DNA of 63,481 bases, the filler included, from Octopus bimaculoides (lineage: Eukaryota): assembly GCF_001194135.2 (NCBI RefSeq). It is 5 parts of 5 records of this genome, joined end to end, with 100 filler letters (N's around TTAATTAATTAA, not from the genome) between each part and the next. Parts side by side here need not be neighbours in the genome. Positions count along the whole stretch, not along the records: positions 27,249 to 51,052 come from NC_068997.1; positions 51,153 to 56,513 come from NC_069006.1; 3 more parts are not named here. One strand, 5' to 3'. Each line of letters opens with the position of its first letter. Positions within the stretch are counted from its first letter, which is position 1. The notes beneath the pieces are model-generated. The model saw nothing but the letters and a program-made list of their open reading frames with translations, was not told the origin of the DNA and ran no database searches. Made by a program: the position numbers and the translations under genes. This document shows, one piece after another, positions 39,189 through 52,959 of this stretch.

Positions 39189-40079
39189 TATGTATATAGA
39201 TATATAGATAGATACATACATACATACATACATACATACATACATACATACATACACACAGATATGTGCATATACACACACGAACACCCATACGCACGCG
39301 CGAGCACGCACACACACACACACACACACACACATACTCACACACATATATATACACACTATATATGTATCTGCTATCTGTGTATGTTTGTACCCTTTAC
39401 ATGAAACAGTAACAAAAGCCATTCTATACATATATCCACGTGTATACAGTAGCAACAGTGAATGTCCACAAACGACCATATAAAACATCAGGTTTTTATG
39501 AATATTGAAATGAATCGCAGTTTAGCAGAATCCTCTTTAGATTCTCTTCCATAAAAGCAGGAACTATACAAAGAAATTTATAGGATGAAAGAAAAATGTA
39601 GTCAATGATGGATATTCAAATAATTTCACTAACTTATGCAACAATATAGAGAAGAACTCTATTCAACATAGAGGGAATGTTACAAACATGTCGTACAGTA
39701 ATGAAGCGGAAACAAACAGAAAAATTACAAATAAAATATCTTGTGTGAACCAATTGCATTAAGACTACAGAATAGATGTAAAGGGGTATATATACATATA
39801 TATATACATACATACATATATATATGTGTGTGTGTGTGTGTTAAGCATAAATAGATAAACACATTAATGAATAAATAAACAGCTAAATAAATAAATAAAT
39901 ATAGGCTCCTTGAATAGAACACAGTGAGCGTTACACCTTTTTATAAAGAGGCGTTAATAATATATTGGAGAAAACACGGAAACTAAATATATAAAATAAC
40001 AAATTACATCATATCGTATATTGTGTGTGTGCGCGCGCGTGTGTTTGTGTGTGCGTGTGTCTGTGTAAACATATGCATA

Positions 40080-40119
<40 letters not shown>

Positions 40120-40659
40120 NNNNNNNNNNNNNNNNNNNNNNNNNNNNNNNNNNNNNNNNNNNNNNNNNNNNNNNNNNNNNNNNNNNNNNNNNNNNNNNNN
40201 NNNNNNNNNNNNNNNNNNNNNNNNNNNNNNNNNNNNNNNNNNNNNNNNNNNNNNNNNNNNNNNNNNNNNNNNNNNNNNNNNNNNNNNNNNNNNNNNNNNN
40301 NNNNNNNNNNNNNNNNNNNNNNNNNNNNNNNNNNNNNNNNNNNNNNNNNNNNNNNNNNNNNNNNNNNNNNNNNNNNNNNNNNNNNNNNNNNNNNNNNNNN
40401 NNNNNNNNNNNNNNNNNNNNNNNNNNNNNNNNNNNNNNNNNNNNNNNNNNNNNNNNNNNNNNNNNNNNNNNNNNNNNNNNNNNNNNNNNNNNNNNNNNNN
40501 NNNNNNNNNNNNNNNNNNNNNNNNNNNNNNNNNNNNNNNNNNNNNNNNNNNNNNNNNNNNNNNNNNNNNNNNNNNNNNNNNNNNNNNNNNNNNNNNNNNN
40601 NNNNNNNNNNNNNNNNNNATATATATATATATACACGCTCACATACACACGCACACACG

Positions 40660-41760
40660 CTGGTTGCGAAAAGTATTTCAGGATATATTTGGTAATTCAA
40701 CAAAACAATGCTAATGTAGCAAAAGCTGAATGTATTCTAACAAAAATCTCTATACATGTTCTCGATAAGCTTCCTTATAAGATTATGAATCCACCTTCAT
40801 CTTCAATGACTTCTTCCATGCATGACCTGAATCGTTGACCTGCCTGCACTAAATGGTCTTTATTCGTTTTGGGCATTATCTAGATAATGGTGGTTTTCAG
40901 TGAACCTATGGTACAGCGAAGATGTTCATTAGTCTCTCTTTCGGCAACGTTCCAAACATAGTAGCCCAAGGGATTTAAATATGGCTATTGTAGAGATCAC
41001 ATGTTTAGTGCTACATGATCGTAAAGTTTATCTGACATCTAATCTTGAGTTACATGGTCCTTGTGAGTAGACGCTGAGGCTTGTTGAAACCCATATAGCC
41101 ATAGTTTGAGTACTTCACCCATTCAGAACTTAACAACGGTCTTTAGTGCCTCAACATATCCAGCAACTTTAATTTTAAAATCCTGTGGAAAGGTGTGAAG
41201 TAGCATGATATAACCTTCGTTACTCATCATTCTTCAAGCCATCACAATTGCTGGAAACCTAATATGCATTACTCTGGAGACATCAGAAGGTTCTGTACAT
41301 GAACAACTGTCATTTATCTTAATGCACTTTGGGGTTTCTTCGAAGTTTTTCTCTTCAGAGAAGTACCAAGCGTGACATGTCCGTGAATATCTTTGACCTT
41401 GTTAAGCAACCGCTTGGCACGAAGCAATCGGTTTTTCTATGTCTTTGTAGACATGACTTGGCCTCTCCTGAGTACATACGACTGGTATCGAATGTCCTCA
41501 TTTACCAGTTCTGATAGACCTCTCCTACACCTGAAGTTCTTTGGCGTGGCCTTCATTAATCTTCTAGGATCCTCACTGATAAGGTTTGGAATATGCAGGA
41601 TGAACTGCGGTGTCATTATAGTGTCCAAACTTTTAGAATGTTCGTTTTTTTCTCTGATACACTTGAAACGCTTCAGTTAGAGGCTTCCAATTTCATCTAA
41701 ATTTTACGTACAAGAGATCTTGCAACATTTAGAATGTTGGTAGTTTCTAAATTGCTGCGT
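40660..41760 (-). mobile_element. Decayed Tc1/mariner (maT/DD37D-like) transposon
   Basis: Minus-strand remnants VNEDIRYQSYVLRRGQ, LNPLGYYVWNVAERETN and FRSCMEEVIEDEGG; ends approximate. Confidence 0.8.
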
Positions 41761-43299
41761 TCTGCACAAAGGGCAACAACGACTTTATGTCATTTCATTT
41801 CTTGTGTTAGTATTTTATCTGCTATGGAAGATCAGAAAAGAAAAATATTTTAATTGGTTTGAAGAAAGTAATATACTGGTAATTAAGCATCCTCAAAAAC
41901 CTGTCACACCCTATAAATATAAATTTATCAATCTACCCACTTTTTTTCTCTCTCTCTCTATCTCTCTCTCTCTATCTCTCTCTATATATATCTTTATATA
42001 TATATAAACACACACACCCGCACACACCCACACATGTGGGGGGGGGGCGCGCACGTGTGTATGTATGTATATGAGTATGTGTGTATATATATCTCCATTC
42101 CTGAATATTTAGAACCTACGTTGTATAAAGTTGTTTTACATGTGGGTGTATCTTGCGTAAGGTTATTTTGCCAATAAAAAACACATGCACCGGCAATTAG
42201 CAAATCGATACCAAGGTTAATAGTTCGATCAGTCAATCAGCTGCTTTGTCAGTGTTCTTTCGTCGTCATTCACCAATGACATGCATATCAGTCCCTTTCT
42301 TCCCGAACTCCCTGCTTAAAATGACTTGTTACTAATCCTTTACTGGTTACCACCTATAATCTGAATTGTAAAAAAATTATCGCTTGCATTACTGACTTCA
42401 TCAAATGTTTTAAAATGTCGTCTGCAATTTCTTCTCCATTTAATCCAAGTTGTAGTTTGCTTCTTTTCTACATTTTAAATCCTTCTAATTTCTTTTAAAT
42501 GATTCCAAACTCTGTTGACTTTGAAATTTTCTACATGTGTTTGTAACAGGCAGAAATACTTGATGGACATTTTTTAATCAATTTCAAAGAGATTGCACCA
42601 GTCAGTTAATTAGAATCAACTGTAATCTCCTTGACGTTATTTGCCATTCTTTAATGGTTTAAGATGTCTTCCATAATACTCAGTTGTAATGTTGAAAAAC
42701 ATATAATTTAACAACGTTTTCGGTGAATTTGTTTTGTAATTTAACAGTTTGTCAGGAGAGGAGAAGAAGCAGTGTCCATGATTGACTTTGCCAGGCCACG
42801 CTCTAAGATTAATGTGATTGATACGATTGATGATTACAAGTTACATATTAATGATCAAAACTCTAAATACAAATAATATAAGACATTTACCAGTAGTTAT
42901 CTAGAACTGTAATGATTTATACTAGCAAATCTATCCATCTACGATGGAGGTATAGAATGAGGTAGGGAAGTCAGTCATAACAGCAGTATGTTTTGAGTAA
43001 TATGTAAATGGACTTGATAGTTTACTGGGTGATGTCTTAGAGAAATCATATTATTGTTGGTGATACAACATTCTATTGCAGCTATATGACAGGCGTTTGC
43101 GACTAAATGACACGTGATGACGATTCACTCCCGAACTGAAATAGGCCCCCAGCCTTTGTATCATGAATGGTTATGTGGACCACACCTAACGAAAGCCAGA
43201 GTTTCCTCCGACCACTACATAAGTGTTAAGAAAACATGCTATTTAGATATACTTTTATATTAGTTGATTACACTATTTTACGCTTGAATAGTTTTTTCT

Positions 43300-43525
43300 G
43301 CTGGTGATTAAGAATCTACAAAATTATTTATGAACATCATGTGTTTATACATTAGAAGAATAACTTATCTGGTGGTGATTAAGAATTTACGAAATTATCT
43401 ATGAACTTCATGTCTTCACATGGTAGTTAAGAGTCTACCAAGTTATCTATTGAACCTCAATAGCAGAGTAACTTACATGCTGATGGTTAAACGACTACGA
43501 AGTTATCTATGAACATCATATGTTC
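43300..43525. repeat. Four degenerate ~40-bp direct repeats with unequal spacers
   Basis: Consensus about tggtgattaagaatctacgaaattatctatgaacatcatg, near 43303, 43373, 43421 and 43481. Confidence 0.7.
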
Positions 43526-44076
43526 ACTCGGGAGTAGAAAAGCTCAGCTCTGGTACTTAAGTGGCTGCGGAATGATTTGTGGTAAAATGAGGAAGAGAAT
43601 AAGGATATGAGAGAAAAGAAATGTGAAACAGTGAGCACGAAGGAGTAATTTCAGAGTAAAAGAAAGAGCAGACGATAGAGGGAAAGAGAGAGAGAAAAAA
43701 ATAATGAGCGTGAGAGAATAGAATGATAAAGAAAATGTGAGACATTGAGGAGAAAGTGTGAGGAGGGCAGAATAAAATGAAAGAGAGAGGTAAAGAGAAA
43801 TAATTAGTGCGAGAAAGAGAGGGCAAAGATGTGTGTGTGTGTGCGTGTGTGTGTGTCTGTGTGTGTATGTGTGTATCGTAGATACTTAAACATATGTAAG
43901 TGGTTAGTGAGGGTATATGTGCGTAATAACATATGTATGTTTGCATCTATGTATGCGTGTGTGCACATGCATACATATGTATGCGTATATATATTGTATA
44001 TGTGTGTGTGTATGTACGTATATGTATGTATAAGTATATATATATATGTATATATAAGTGTATATATGTATATATA

Positions 44077-44122
<46 letters not shown>

Positions 44123-45119
44123 TATACATATGCGTGTGTGTATGTACGTATATGTATATATAAGTATATATATATATATACATATATATNNNNNNNNNNN
44201 NNNNNNNNNNNNNNNNNNNNNNNNNNNNNNNNNNNNNNNNATATATATAAGTATATATATATATATGTATATGTATATATATACTTATATATACATGCAT
44301 ATACATACACATATACACGCAAATGGTTATGCATATATCTATGCACACACATACGAACATACAAACACTGACACACATACATATATACACATACAAATAT
44401 ATATAAAAACAACTAACAGACAATTATCTGCAATTATGCTGCTACACTGCACAACTTGCCAATTTCCTCTTCTTTATTGCACTGCACATTGCACAATACA
44501 ACAGCAACAGCAGCAGCACCAACAACATCAATAACAACAACAACAACAACAACAGCAACAATAACAACAACAACAATAATAGCTGGAATAGCATTAGAAG
44601 TAACTGAGTCGACATTGATGTCGACAACAACAGCCACAGCCACAACAACAACAACAGTGACAAGAACAAGACCAGCAATAGTACAGCTTCATTAACTGCA
44701 GTCACGGCAACAACTACTGCAGCAGCAACAAGAACAAGATCAACAACAACAATAACAGCAATATCAAAAACAACAGCAGCAGCACCAGTAATACCAATTG
44801 CATTAACTACAGAAGCTGCAGCGGTTGCAACAACACTTTATGTCCAATTGCCTCATGTGCAGTAGTTTGCAACAACGGCAGCAGTGTTAAAAACTGCAAT
44901 ATCTGCACAATCTCAACAACAACAACACCGGCAGCATTAGCTGCAATGGCTGCAGTAACCGCAGCATCATTACCAGCTGAACTAACTTCAATAGTTACAC
45001 CAGCAACAACACTACAGAGTGCAATATCTACACTAAGTGCAGTACCTGTAAAAAAACAACACCAATACCAGCAGTAATAGGTGCATAAATTGCACAGTCA
45101 CAACAACAGCCCCTTTGAA

Positions 45120-45960
45120 AGACACACAAGATGGAGTAACAACAGTAGCTGTAACAGCAATAATAACAACGACACTAAAAGCTGTAACAGTGACACAACA
45201 TGCACAAATTGCAATAGGGGAAACCGCAACAACAACATCAGCAGTCACACTGACTCCACAATCTCAATAACAACAACAATTTTCAGCTGCACCAGGTGCA
45301 ATAAAGGCAGTAGCTGCAACAACAACAACAACACTATAAAAACTATAACAGTGACACAACATGCATTAACTGCAGTAAGTGAAACAACCACAGCATCAAC
45401 AGCAACAGCTGCACTAAATCCACAATCTCAACAACAATGTTAACTTCCAGCTGCACCATGTGCAATAACGGCAGTAGCTGCAACAACAACATTATATACT
45501 GTAACAGTGACACAACATTCACTAACTGCAATTAGTCAGAGAACAACAGCAACATCAACAGCCACAGATGCACTAACTCCACAATCTCAACAGCAACAAC
45601 GATTTTCTGCTGCACCAGGTGCAATAACGGCAGTAGCTACAACAACATCAATAACAACATTATAGACTGTAGCAGTGACACAACATGTACTAACTGCAAT
45701 TGGTGAAACTACAACAACATCAGCAGCCAGAACTGCACTAACTCTACAATCTCAACAACAACAACGTTAACTTCCAGCTGTACCAGGTGCAATAACGGCA
45801 GTAGCTGCAACAACATCACTATAAACTATAACAGTGACACAACGTGCACTAACTGCAGTAAGTCAAACAACAACTACCGCAGCGACAGCAACAACTGCAT
45901 AACCTCAAACTTAACGACAGCAAAAATATTACTTGCACCAGGTGCAACAACAACAGTTGC
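45120..45960. repeat. About 160-bp minisatellite within an (ACA/GCA)-rich tract (44430-46100)
   Basis: The marker gYaccaKgtgca recurs at 45289, 45453, 45612, 45780 and 45935. Confidence 0.85.
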
Positions 45961-46100
45961 TGTAATTACGGCTCCAGTAGTAACAACTTCAGTCGATTCA
46001 CAATCTTCACAATAAATATAACTACTGCAACAGTTGCATTAGCTACACTGACTTCAACAACACTACAAAGAGTAACAGCTGCATTTACTGCACACATTTG

Positions 46101-46325
46101 CTGCACACATTCCCAAAAATGAAAAAAAGCCCTGGCTGGACACCATTTTGCCAGTGACAATGACGTCATAGATGCTGTAGGAAGTTTCTTGGAGTCTCAA
46201 ACAAAAGAGTTCTTCTACGCCGGGATAATGGCGCTTCAGCGCCGCTGGAGAAAGTGTTCAGCCATCGAGGAGGACTATCATGTTTTGTTTTTTTTGAGGC
46301 TCGAGACTTTTCATACACCCCTCGT
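46101..46325 (+). mobile_element. Mariner (DD34D-like) 3' fragment
   Basis: FPKMKK-LAGHHFASDNDVIDAVGSFLESQTKEFFYAGIMALQRRWRKC, followed by the TIR-like acttttcatacacccctcg-TA. Confidence 0.8.
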
Positions 46326-46332
46326 ATATACA

Positions 46333-47562
46333 CAGGGTGTAACAGGTAAATTTGGACAAGTTTCTAATTGTATAGATTTTGTTTGGAGTCTCAACTTGAA
46401 TATTCACTTGTACTATTTTTTATTTCTGATTGAACAAATTATGAATGTTAGCAAAGAATTAAACCGTAGAAGCGTAATTGCCGAATTATTCCTCGCCGGC
46501 AAAAGTGCTGGGGACATTGTTTGACCCACAAAGTAAGTCAAATCTATTGTTTTCATGGTTGTAGCCAGTTTGAAGAAAAATCGAGATCTTCAGAGAAAGC
46601 CTCACAGTCCTCGCAGTGACCGAAAAGGCACACCTCGCTTCTTGGCAGATCGACTGAATCGAACCCATCAAAATCGATGGCAAAGTTGGCTCAGGATCGA
46701 GGAATCAGTAAAATGACCATTTCTAGGGCTGTGAGACAAGACCTCCATATTAAATCGTATATGAGGAGACACCATAACATTCTAACTACCTGCTCCAAAA
46801 CCATTTGAGCTGAAAGAAGTTCCAAAGTTCTTAGACGTCTCAAATATCGTGGCGGAGACGTCTGCATCTTCGTAGATGAAAAGAAGTTCATGGTAGACGA
46901 AGTTACGAACCGTCAAAACTCACGAGTGATAGCGTACGACCCTTCTCAAGTTCTTTCAGCTATGCATAGCAAGAATCAAGCTTTCATTGTGGTCTTTGGA
47001 GCTGTTGCAAGTGATGGGAAATTGATGCCTCCTCATTTCATTAAAGTGGGTCTTAAAATCAACACAACATGGTATCTCAATCTTAGAAGTTTGTTGCCAT
47101 GGATTAGGAAGCACTATGATGCAAATCGAGTCATGTTTGTACAGTACTCCGCATCCGCCCATTCTTCGAAAACAGTACAAGAATTTTGAAGAGGGAATTT
47201 CCCGTGTTTGTCCCTAAAGATGTCTGGCGCTCCAGCTCGCCAGATTTGCATCCGTGTGATTTTTGGCTATAGGAGGCAGTTGAAGTAATATCCAACGCAA
47301 CTTCTCACTACTGTATGTCTTCACTAAAGGCTTCGATCAAGCGAGTATTCGGTAAAACGAAAAAGAAAGAAATGGCTAAGGTATGGGCATCATTTCGTAA
47401 ATGGATTGAACAGGTAAAGAAAGCAAATGGCGGTCACATTGAGCTGAAAAAAGTGCTAAACTCTCCAGAATGAATTGGCATAAACATAAAATTTGCAGTG
47501 TTTGATTTATACCAATTATAATAAAGATATTTAAATGGTCCCAATTTACCTGTTACACCCTG
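46333..47562 (+). mobile_element. Full-length decayed Tc1/mariner (maT/DD37D-like) transposon
   Basis: TIRs cagggtgtaacaggtaaatt / aatttacctgttacaccctg; TA on the right, CA on the left. Transposase remnants DEKKFMVDEVTNRQNSR, VFGAVASDG, AHSSKTVQ, SSSPDLHPCDF, NGGHIE. Confidence 0.9.
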
Positions 47563-49294
47563 TATGTGTGTGTTTGGGGGTGGGTGTATACATATATGCT
47601 CCAACGGGACAGTCTGTTGGAACAAGTACCCTTCACAGTCGATTTTTTTCAGCGTGGCTCGTCTGCTTGTTAACGTTTAGTCTCTCTTGCATACGGGATG
47701 GTCCTTTACAGATTTCCAGTTGTTCGGGTGTTTAGATTAAATCAGGCTGGATAGTTCTTTTAGGAATAACAAAGTAGTATTTATTTTGATGTCTTCGTAA
47801 TTTTGATATCTTCGTATTTAAAATGTTGTCGTTTGGTTATGAAGAAGTTTTTCTTTTCACTAAAGAATGTTCATGGAAATTTTTGTTGCTGAAGTTCAGG
47901 ATGGATTAGGTGATATTAACACTTGCAATATTTTGTTCTTTCGAATATAATTCAGAGATTGATAATGCGGCCGTGTTGCTTTGCTTCATGTGAACTTATG
48001 GTTTTAAGTTCAGTCTTTTGAAGGTGTCCTCCCACGTTCTACAATGTGAGTTAGGGAATTGTGTGTCTTCGGGCCTTAAACCGTGACTCAATAAATTATT
48101 TTTTTCATAAATTACCAAAATGTCATAACACTTTATTCTGACAATTTCAGTTACGTCCTTTGTTGTTTAAATTGACGGATTTTGGAGATAAATGGCAGCA
48201 GAAATGTTTTCCAGGGTTATAGGGCTTATTAAATGATTTAGCACACCAACCACCTGCGGTGATGCTCCTCATATTCGTCATGCAGCTATAGCTTACTTTT
48301 AACTTTAGCCGACTAAATACTTTATAATATTCCTGCCTTGTGGAGAAATGTTTCTGAATCAGGCTTAGAAAATTCTTGTCAATATTGAGTTTTACATTGA
48401 AGAAGTATGGGAGGTTGAATTAGATTATATTACTTGTATGGTAATATTTATTTATTTACTTTATTCAGGCAATAAAACAGCTACTATTCATTACTAACAC
48501 CACCACTACTACAACCTCTACTGCGACTGCGACTGCTACTATTACAACCACCGCCGCTATCATCCCCACTAGCACCACCACCACCAACAACAACAACAAC
48601 AACGGCAAAATCATTTCGTCTTTACTTTCACTTTTCGTTTCTTCCTCCATCTTTCCAATATTCTCTTTCTCTCCCTTTTGCTCTTTCTTCCGTTCTCTCT
48701 TTCTCTCTCTTCCCGTCTCTTTCCTCTTACTCCTACCCTCCCCCTCTGATTTTATTTCTTTCATTCTTTGTCCTCATGTTTATTGGAGTTTTTTTTCAAA
48801 GTTTTTGCTGACTTTCGTTTTCTGTCTTTGTTTCTCTTTCTTTCACTTTCTTTCTCTTTTTTCACTTTTTCCTTTCTTTCTTTCTTTCTCTCTTTCTTTC
48901 TTTCTTTCTTTCTTTCTATCTTTCTCTCTTTCTTTCTTTTTTTCTCTTTTCCATTTCTTTACTGTTCTCATTCCTCTCTTTTCTTTTCGTTTAATTTCAT
49001 TCATGTTTTATAATCCCCATTCATTCCTATTCCGACAATATTGCCTTCCGTAGATTCCTCCTCCTCCTCCTCCTTCTTCAAATTAATTTCCTTAATTCAT
49101 TTCTCTTCCTTTTGTCTTTGTCTTTATTTCTATCTTCATTTATTTCCTTCTTTTTCTTTCTCTTCCCCTTTCTTTAATCCTTTTTGCCCCTTTTCATTTC
49201 CTTTCTCTCATCCTTCATTTCTTACAATATTTATCTATTTCTTTTCTTCTTCCTTTCCTTTTTATCTTCAGTGTTGTTGTTGTTCTTGTTGTTG

Positions 49295-49407
49295 TTGTTA
49301 AGACAGAAATCTGGCAAAATTGTTTGAACGTCGGGCAAAATACTTTGCAATGTTTCTGGCCGCTCTTTCTGTTTTGAGTTCAAATACCACCGAGGTCAAT
49401 TTTGCCT
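49295..49407 (+). mobile_element. Family B SINE 5' part, cut by a gap
   Basis: ttttgagttcaaataccaccgaggtcaattttgcct. Confidence 0.6.
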
Positions 49408-50243
49408 NNNNNNNNNNNNNNNNNNNNNNNNNNNNNNNNNNNNNNNNNNNNNNNNNNNNNNNNNNNNNNNNNNNNNNNNNNNNNNNNNNNNNNNNNNNNN
49501 NNNNNNNNNNNNNNNNNNNNNNNNNNNNNNNNNNNNNNNNNNNNNNNNNNNNNNNNNNNNNNNNNNNNNNNNNNNNNNNNNNNNNNNNNNNNNNNNNNNN
49601 NNNNNNNNNNNNNNNNNNNNNNNNNNNNNNNNNNNNNNNNNNNNNNNNNNNNNNNNNNNNNNNNNNNNNNNNNNNNNNNNNNNNNNNNNNNNNNNNNNNN
49701 NNNNNNNNNNNNNNNNNNNNNNNNNNNNNNNNNNNNNNNNNNNNNNNNNNNNNNNNNNGTTACATCATCAATAAATGTAATACAAGTAAAAAAGAGAACT
49801 TTTTTTTTATCTTCGCTTTGTAGTCTTTATTCACTTATTCCGTCTTTTGTTTTTTGCTAATGAAAAACACTTCAAAAGTTCGATTTCCACTGAATAAACT
49901 AATTACAACCGTCCTCGATTTACACACCACTCGCTCCACATGATTTTTTTTATAACACAGTGTTAGGTTTTTGTTGTTTTTTGTTTGTTTTCTTTTTGTC
50001 TACAGAAACGCTACATCGTCGTTTCATTTCTTTGATAGTTTGTTAGATCACATTCAAAACAAACGCTTCAGTGAATCATATTTTTTCAAAATTTCGTGAA
50101 ATATTTTTGAAACTATATAACAGAGTTTCAAATGTCATGAAAGTTGATTTCTCTGGAAATGAATTACAGTATATTAATCATCTTCAAAATGGATAAATAT
50201 TCTTTGTTTATGGGTTAACAACGCTACCAATAGTTTCATGTAG

Positions 50244-50342
50244 AGAAAAATCTCTCAACAAGTTATCAAGCCTGCCACATGGGAACTCGTCTTCATCTTG
50301 GATGAGAAAATTAAGGTTTTCTATGTGCCTGTGCCAATCCAT
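50244..50342 (+). CDS. Candidate 99-bp phase 0-0 internal exon of an unidentified gene
   Basis: tttcatgtAG|AGA...CAT|GTAAGT; open frame RKISQQVIKPATWELVFILDEKIKVFYVPVPIH. No homology recognised and no partner exons found. Confidence 0.3.
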
Positions 50343-50402
50343 GTAAGTATTATGTATGCATGAATGTATCAATGTATGTGTGTGTGTGTGTGTGTGCGCG
50401 CG

Positions 50403-50448
<46 letters not shown>

Positions 50449-50452
50449 CTCA

Positions 50453-50497
50453 CAACTGCCTGATGATCGTTTACATGAAACTCTGAGTAACAGTTTG
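50453..50497 (+). ncRNA. Decayed type I hammerhead-like motif
   Basis: CAACTG-c-CTGATGA-TCGTTTACAT-GAAA-CTCTGAGT-A-a-CAGTTTG. Stem III ACTC/GAGT and stem I AACTG/CAGTT are intact; stem II is weak. Confidence 0.45.
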
Positions 50498-50787
50498 TAC
50501 AGTCTTTTCAACTTGTGGTATTCAAACACTTTTCTCACCCCCCTCCTTGTTTTTTGTGTATGTACTTGCATGTGTGTGTGTGTGAGTCTGTGCGTGTGAT
50601 CCTGCCTAACTGAACCTCCCCCGCCTCTTGAATGCTTGTCTCCTTTCTTAGCTTTTTCTCACGCCTTTGCCACTTCTCCAGAACCACTTTGTCTCATCTG
50701 CACTCGGATTATCATTGAAGCTTCGCGAATTCTACCATCATGGATCTTACTGCACACTGCTCTGCGCGCGCGCGTCTGTGTGCGTGT

Positions 50788-50826
<39 letters not shown>

Positions 50827-51221
50827 TGTGTGTGTGTGTGCTCGCGCGCGCACATGTGTGTATGTAGCAAAACGAATAAAATAACAAGATAACATGTACA
50901 AGCCAGAAGAAGAAAGAGCCTGTTTTATATATTCTTTTAGTTTTGAAAAATGTTGTGAAATTAATTTGTCGTAATTAGTCATATTACTAATGATGGCACC
51001 AGAGAAGAAACACATTTTGTGGCTATATATGTGTGTTTATGGATGTCTGTGTNNNNNNNNNNNNNNNNNNNNNNNNNNNNNNNNNNNNNNNNNNNNTTAA
51101 TTAATTAANNNNNNNNNNNNNNNNNNNNNNNNNNNNNNNNNNNNNNNNNNNNATATATATATATATATATATATATATACACGTATCTATATTCAGCTAT
51201 GCGCGTTTGTACATTTATATA

Positions 51222-51800
51222 CGAGATGGTATCAAAAAGTTCCCGGACTAGTTGTGTTTAAAAAAAAATAACGTATTTACATGAGTTTTAGCACCATCTG
51301 CTTCGAAATAGTCACCTTGCGCAGCAATGCACCGGTCCCGGCGTTCCTGTCACTTTTGGAATCCAGCCTGGAGGACGTTTTCCGTAAGGAAGTCGAGAAT
51401 CTTCCGCGATTTGTTCTGGATCTCGACAACGGCGTTAAAACGGTGACCACTGAGCTGTATTTTCATCTTGAGGAAGAGATGGAAGTCCACAGGCGCTAGA
51501 TCTGGCGAATAGGGTGGGTGCAGAAGCGAAACCATGTTGTTTTGGGCGAGAAACTTCACGAGTGTGGAGACCTTGGTGACAGAGTGCATTGTGGTCCTGA
51601 AGAGTCCAATTCCTCACGCTCCACAGATCCGGTCCCGTTCACAGGATGTCCTCCTTCAAACGCTTCAAAACGTCGTTGATCGTCCTCCGACGAACCTCGT
51701 GCAACAAGCTGACGGAATTACCAGTTGTGACGCTCGTGGTAGGTCTTCCAGATCGCTCATCGTCCAATGACTGAAAGAAATGAAAGATAGAAGACTCGCT
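51222..51800 (-). mobile_element. Truncated mariner (DD34D-like) element
   Basis: LLHPPYSPDLAPVDFHLFLKMK, GHRF and RDRCIAAQGDY. TIR-like TA-cgagatggtatcaaaaagttcccggact at the left end. Confidence 0.85.
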
Positions 51801-51981
51801 TTTGCTGGAACTAAGTTTCATTAATTCATTTATATGTCTCGATATTACTCAGAGTGTCGAGGAATTTATGCGAATCAACAGTTATTCAACAATGCGTACA
51901 CATATGTGAGGTGTGTGTGTGTGTATACATACATACATACATACATAAGTACGTATGTACGTATGTATGTATGTATGTATG

Positions 51982-52031
<50 letters not shown>

Positions 52032-52959
52032 CCTATCTATCTATCTCTTTATGTATACATATACATATATATACATATACAATATTAAATTTAAATGTTG
52101 AAGTGAATCAAAGGTTTTTGGGGGTTTTTAAATGGCTTATAAATACCTTCCACGCTGCAATTGTTTTTGTTTCAGCACCCGATCTCAGATCAGGTCACTC
52201 TCTATGCAAGTACATCTCCGTAATATGTATATGTGTGTGTGTGTGGGTGTGTGTATGTATTTATGCATGTATGTTTGTATGTATGTATATGTGTGTATAN
52301 NNNNNNNNNNNNNNNNNNNNNNNNNNNNNNNNNNNNNNNNNNNNNNNNNNNNNNNNNNNNNNNNNNNNNNNNNNNNNNNNNNNNNNNNNNNNNNNNNNNN
52401 NNNNNNNNNNNNNNNNNNNNNNNNNNNNNNNNNNNNNNNNNNNNNNNNNNNNNNNNNNNNNNNNNNNNNNNNNNNNNNNNNNNNNNNNNNNNNNNNNNNN
52501 NNNNNNNNNNNNNNNNNNNNNNNNNNNNNNNNNNNNNNNNNNNNNNNNNNNNNNNNNNNNNNNNNNNNNNNNNNNNNNNNNNNNNNNNNNNNNNNNNNNN
52601 NNNNNNNNNNNNNNNNNNNNNNNNNNNNNNNNNNNNNNNNNNNNNNNNNNNNNNNNNNNNNNNNNNNNNNNNNNNNNNNNNNNNNNNNNNNNNNNNNNNN
52701 NNNNNNNNNNNNNNNNNNNNNNNNNNNNNNNNACTGCTTACACCTTCCCTCTCTTTAGAAGTAATTGTCCCTTTGCTATCACCACTAGATAAGAAACAAT
52801 AGAATTCTGAGACAGTTAAAACTTTTGTCTAGAATCAATTACTAGCCTGATAGACCCTGCTATGTCAAGATGGACTTATATATTCTTCCTCTGCTCTCTC
52901 CCACTTGGTTTTAATATGTTGCCACATTTGTAATATGTCTTTTTTTCTACATTTTTTCG

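Noticed and set aside
43300-43525. CRISPR-like array
   Set aside because: Eukaryotic context, divergent repeats, irregular spacers and no cas genes.
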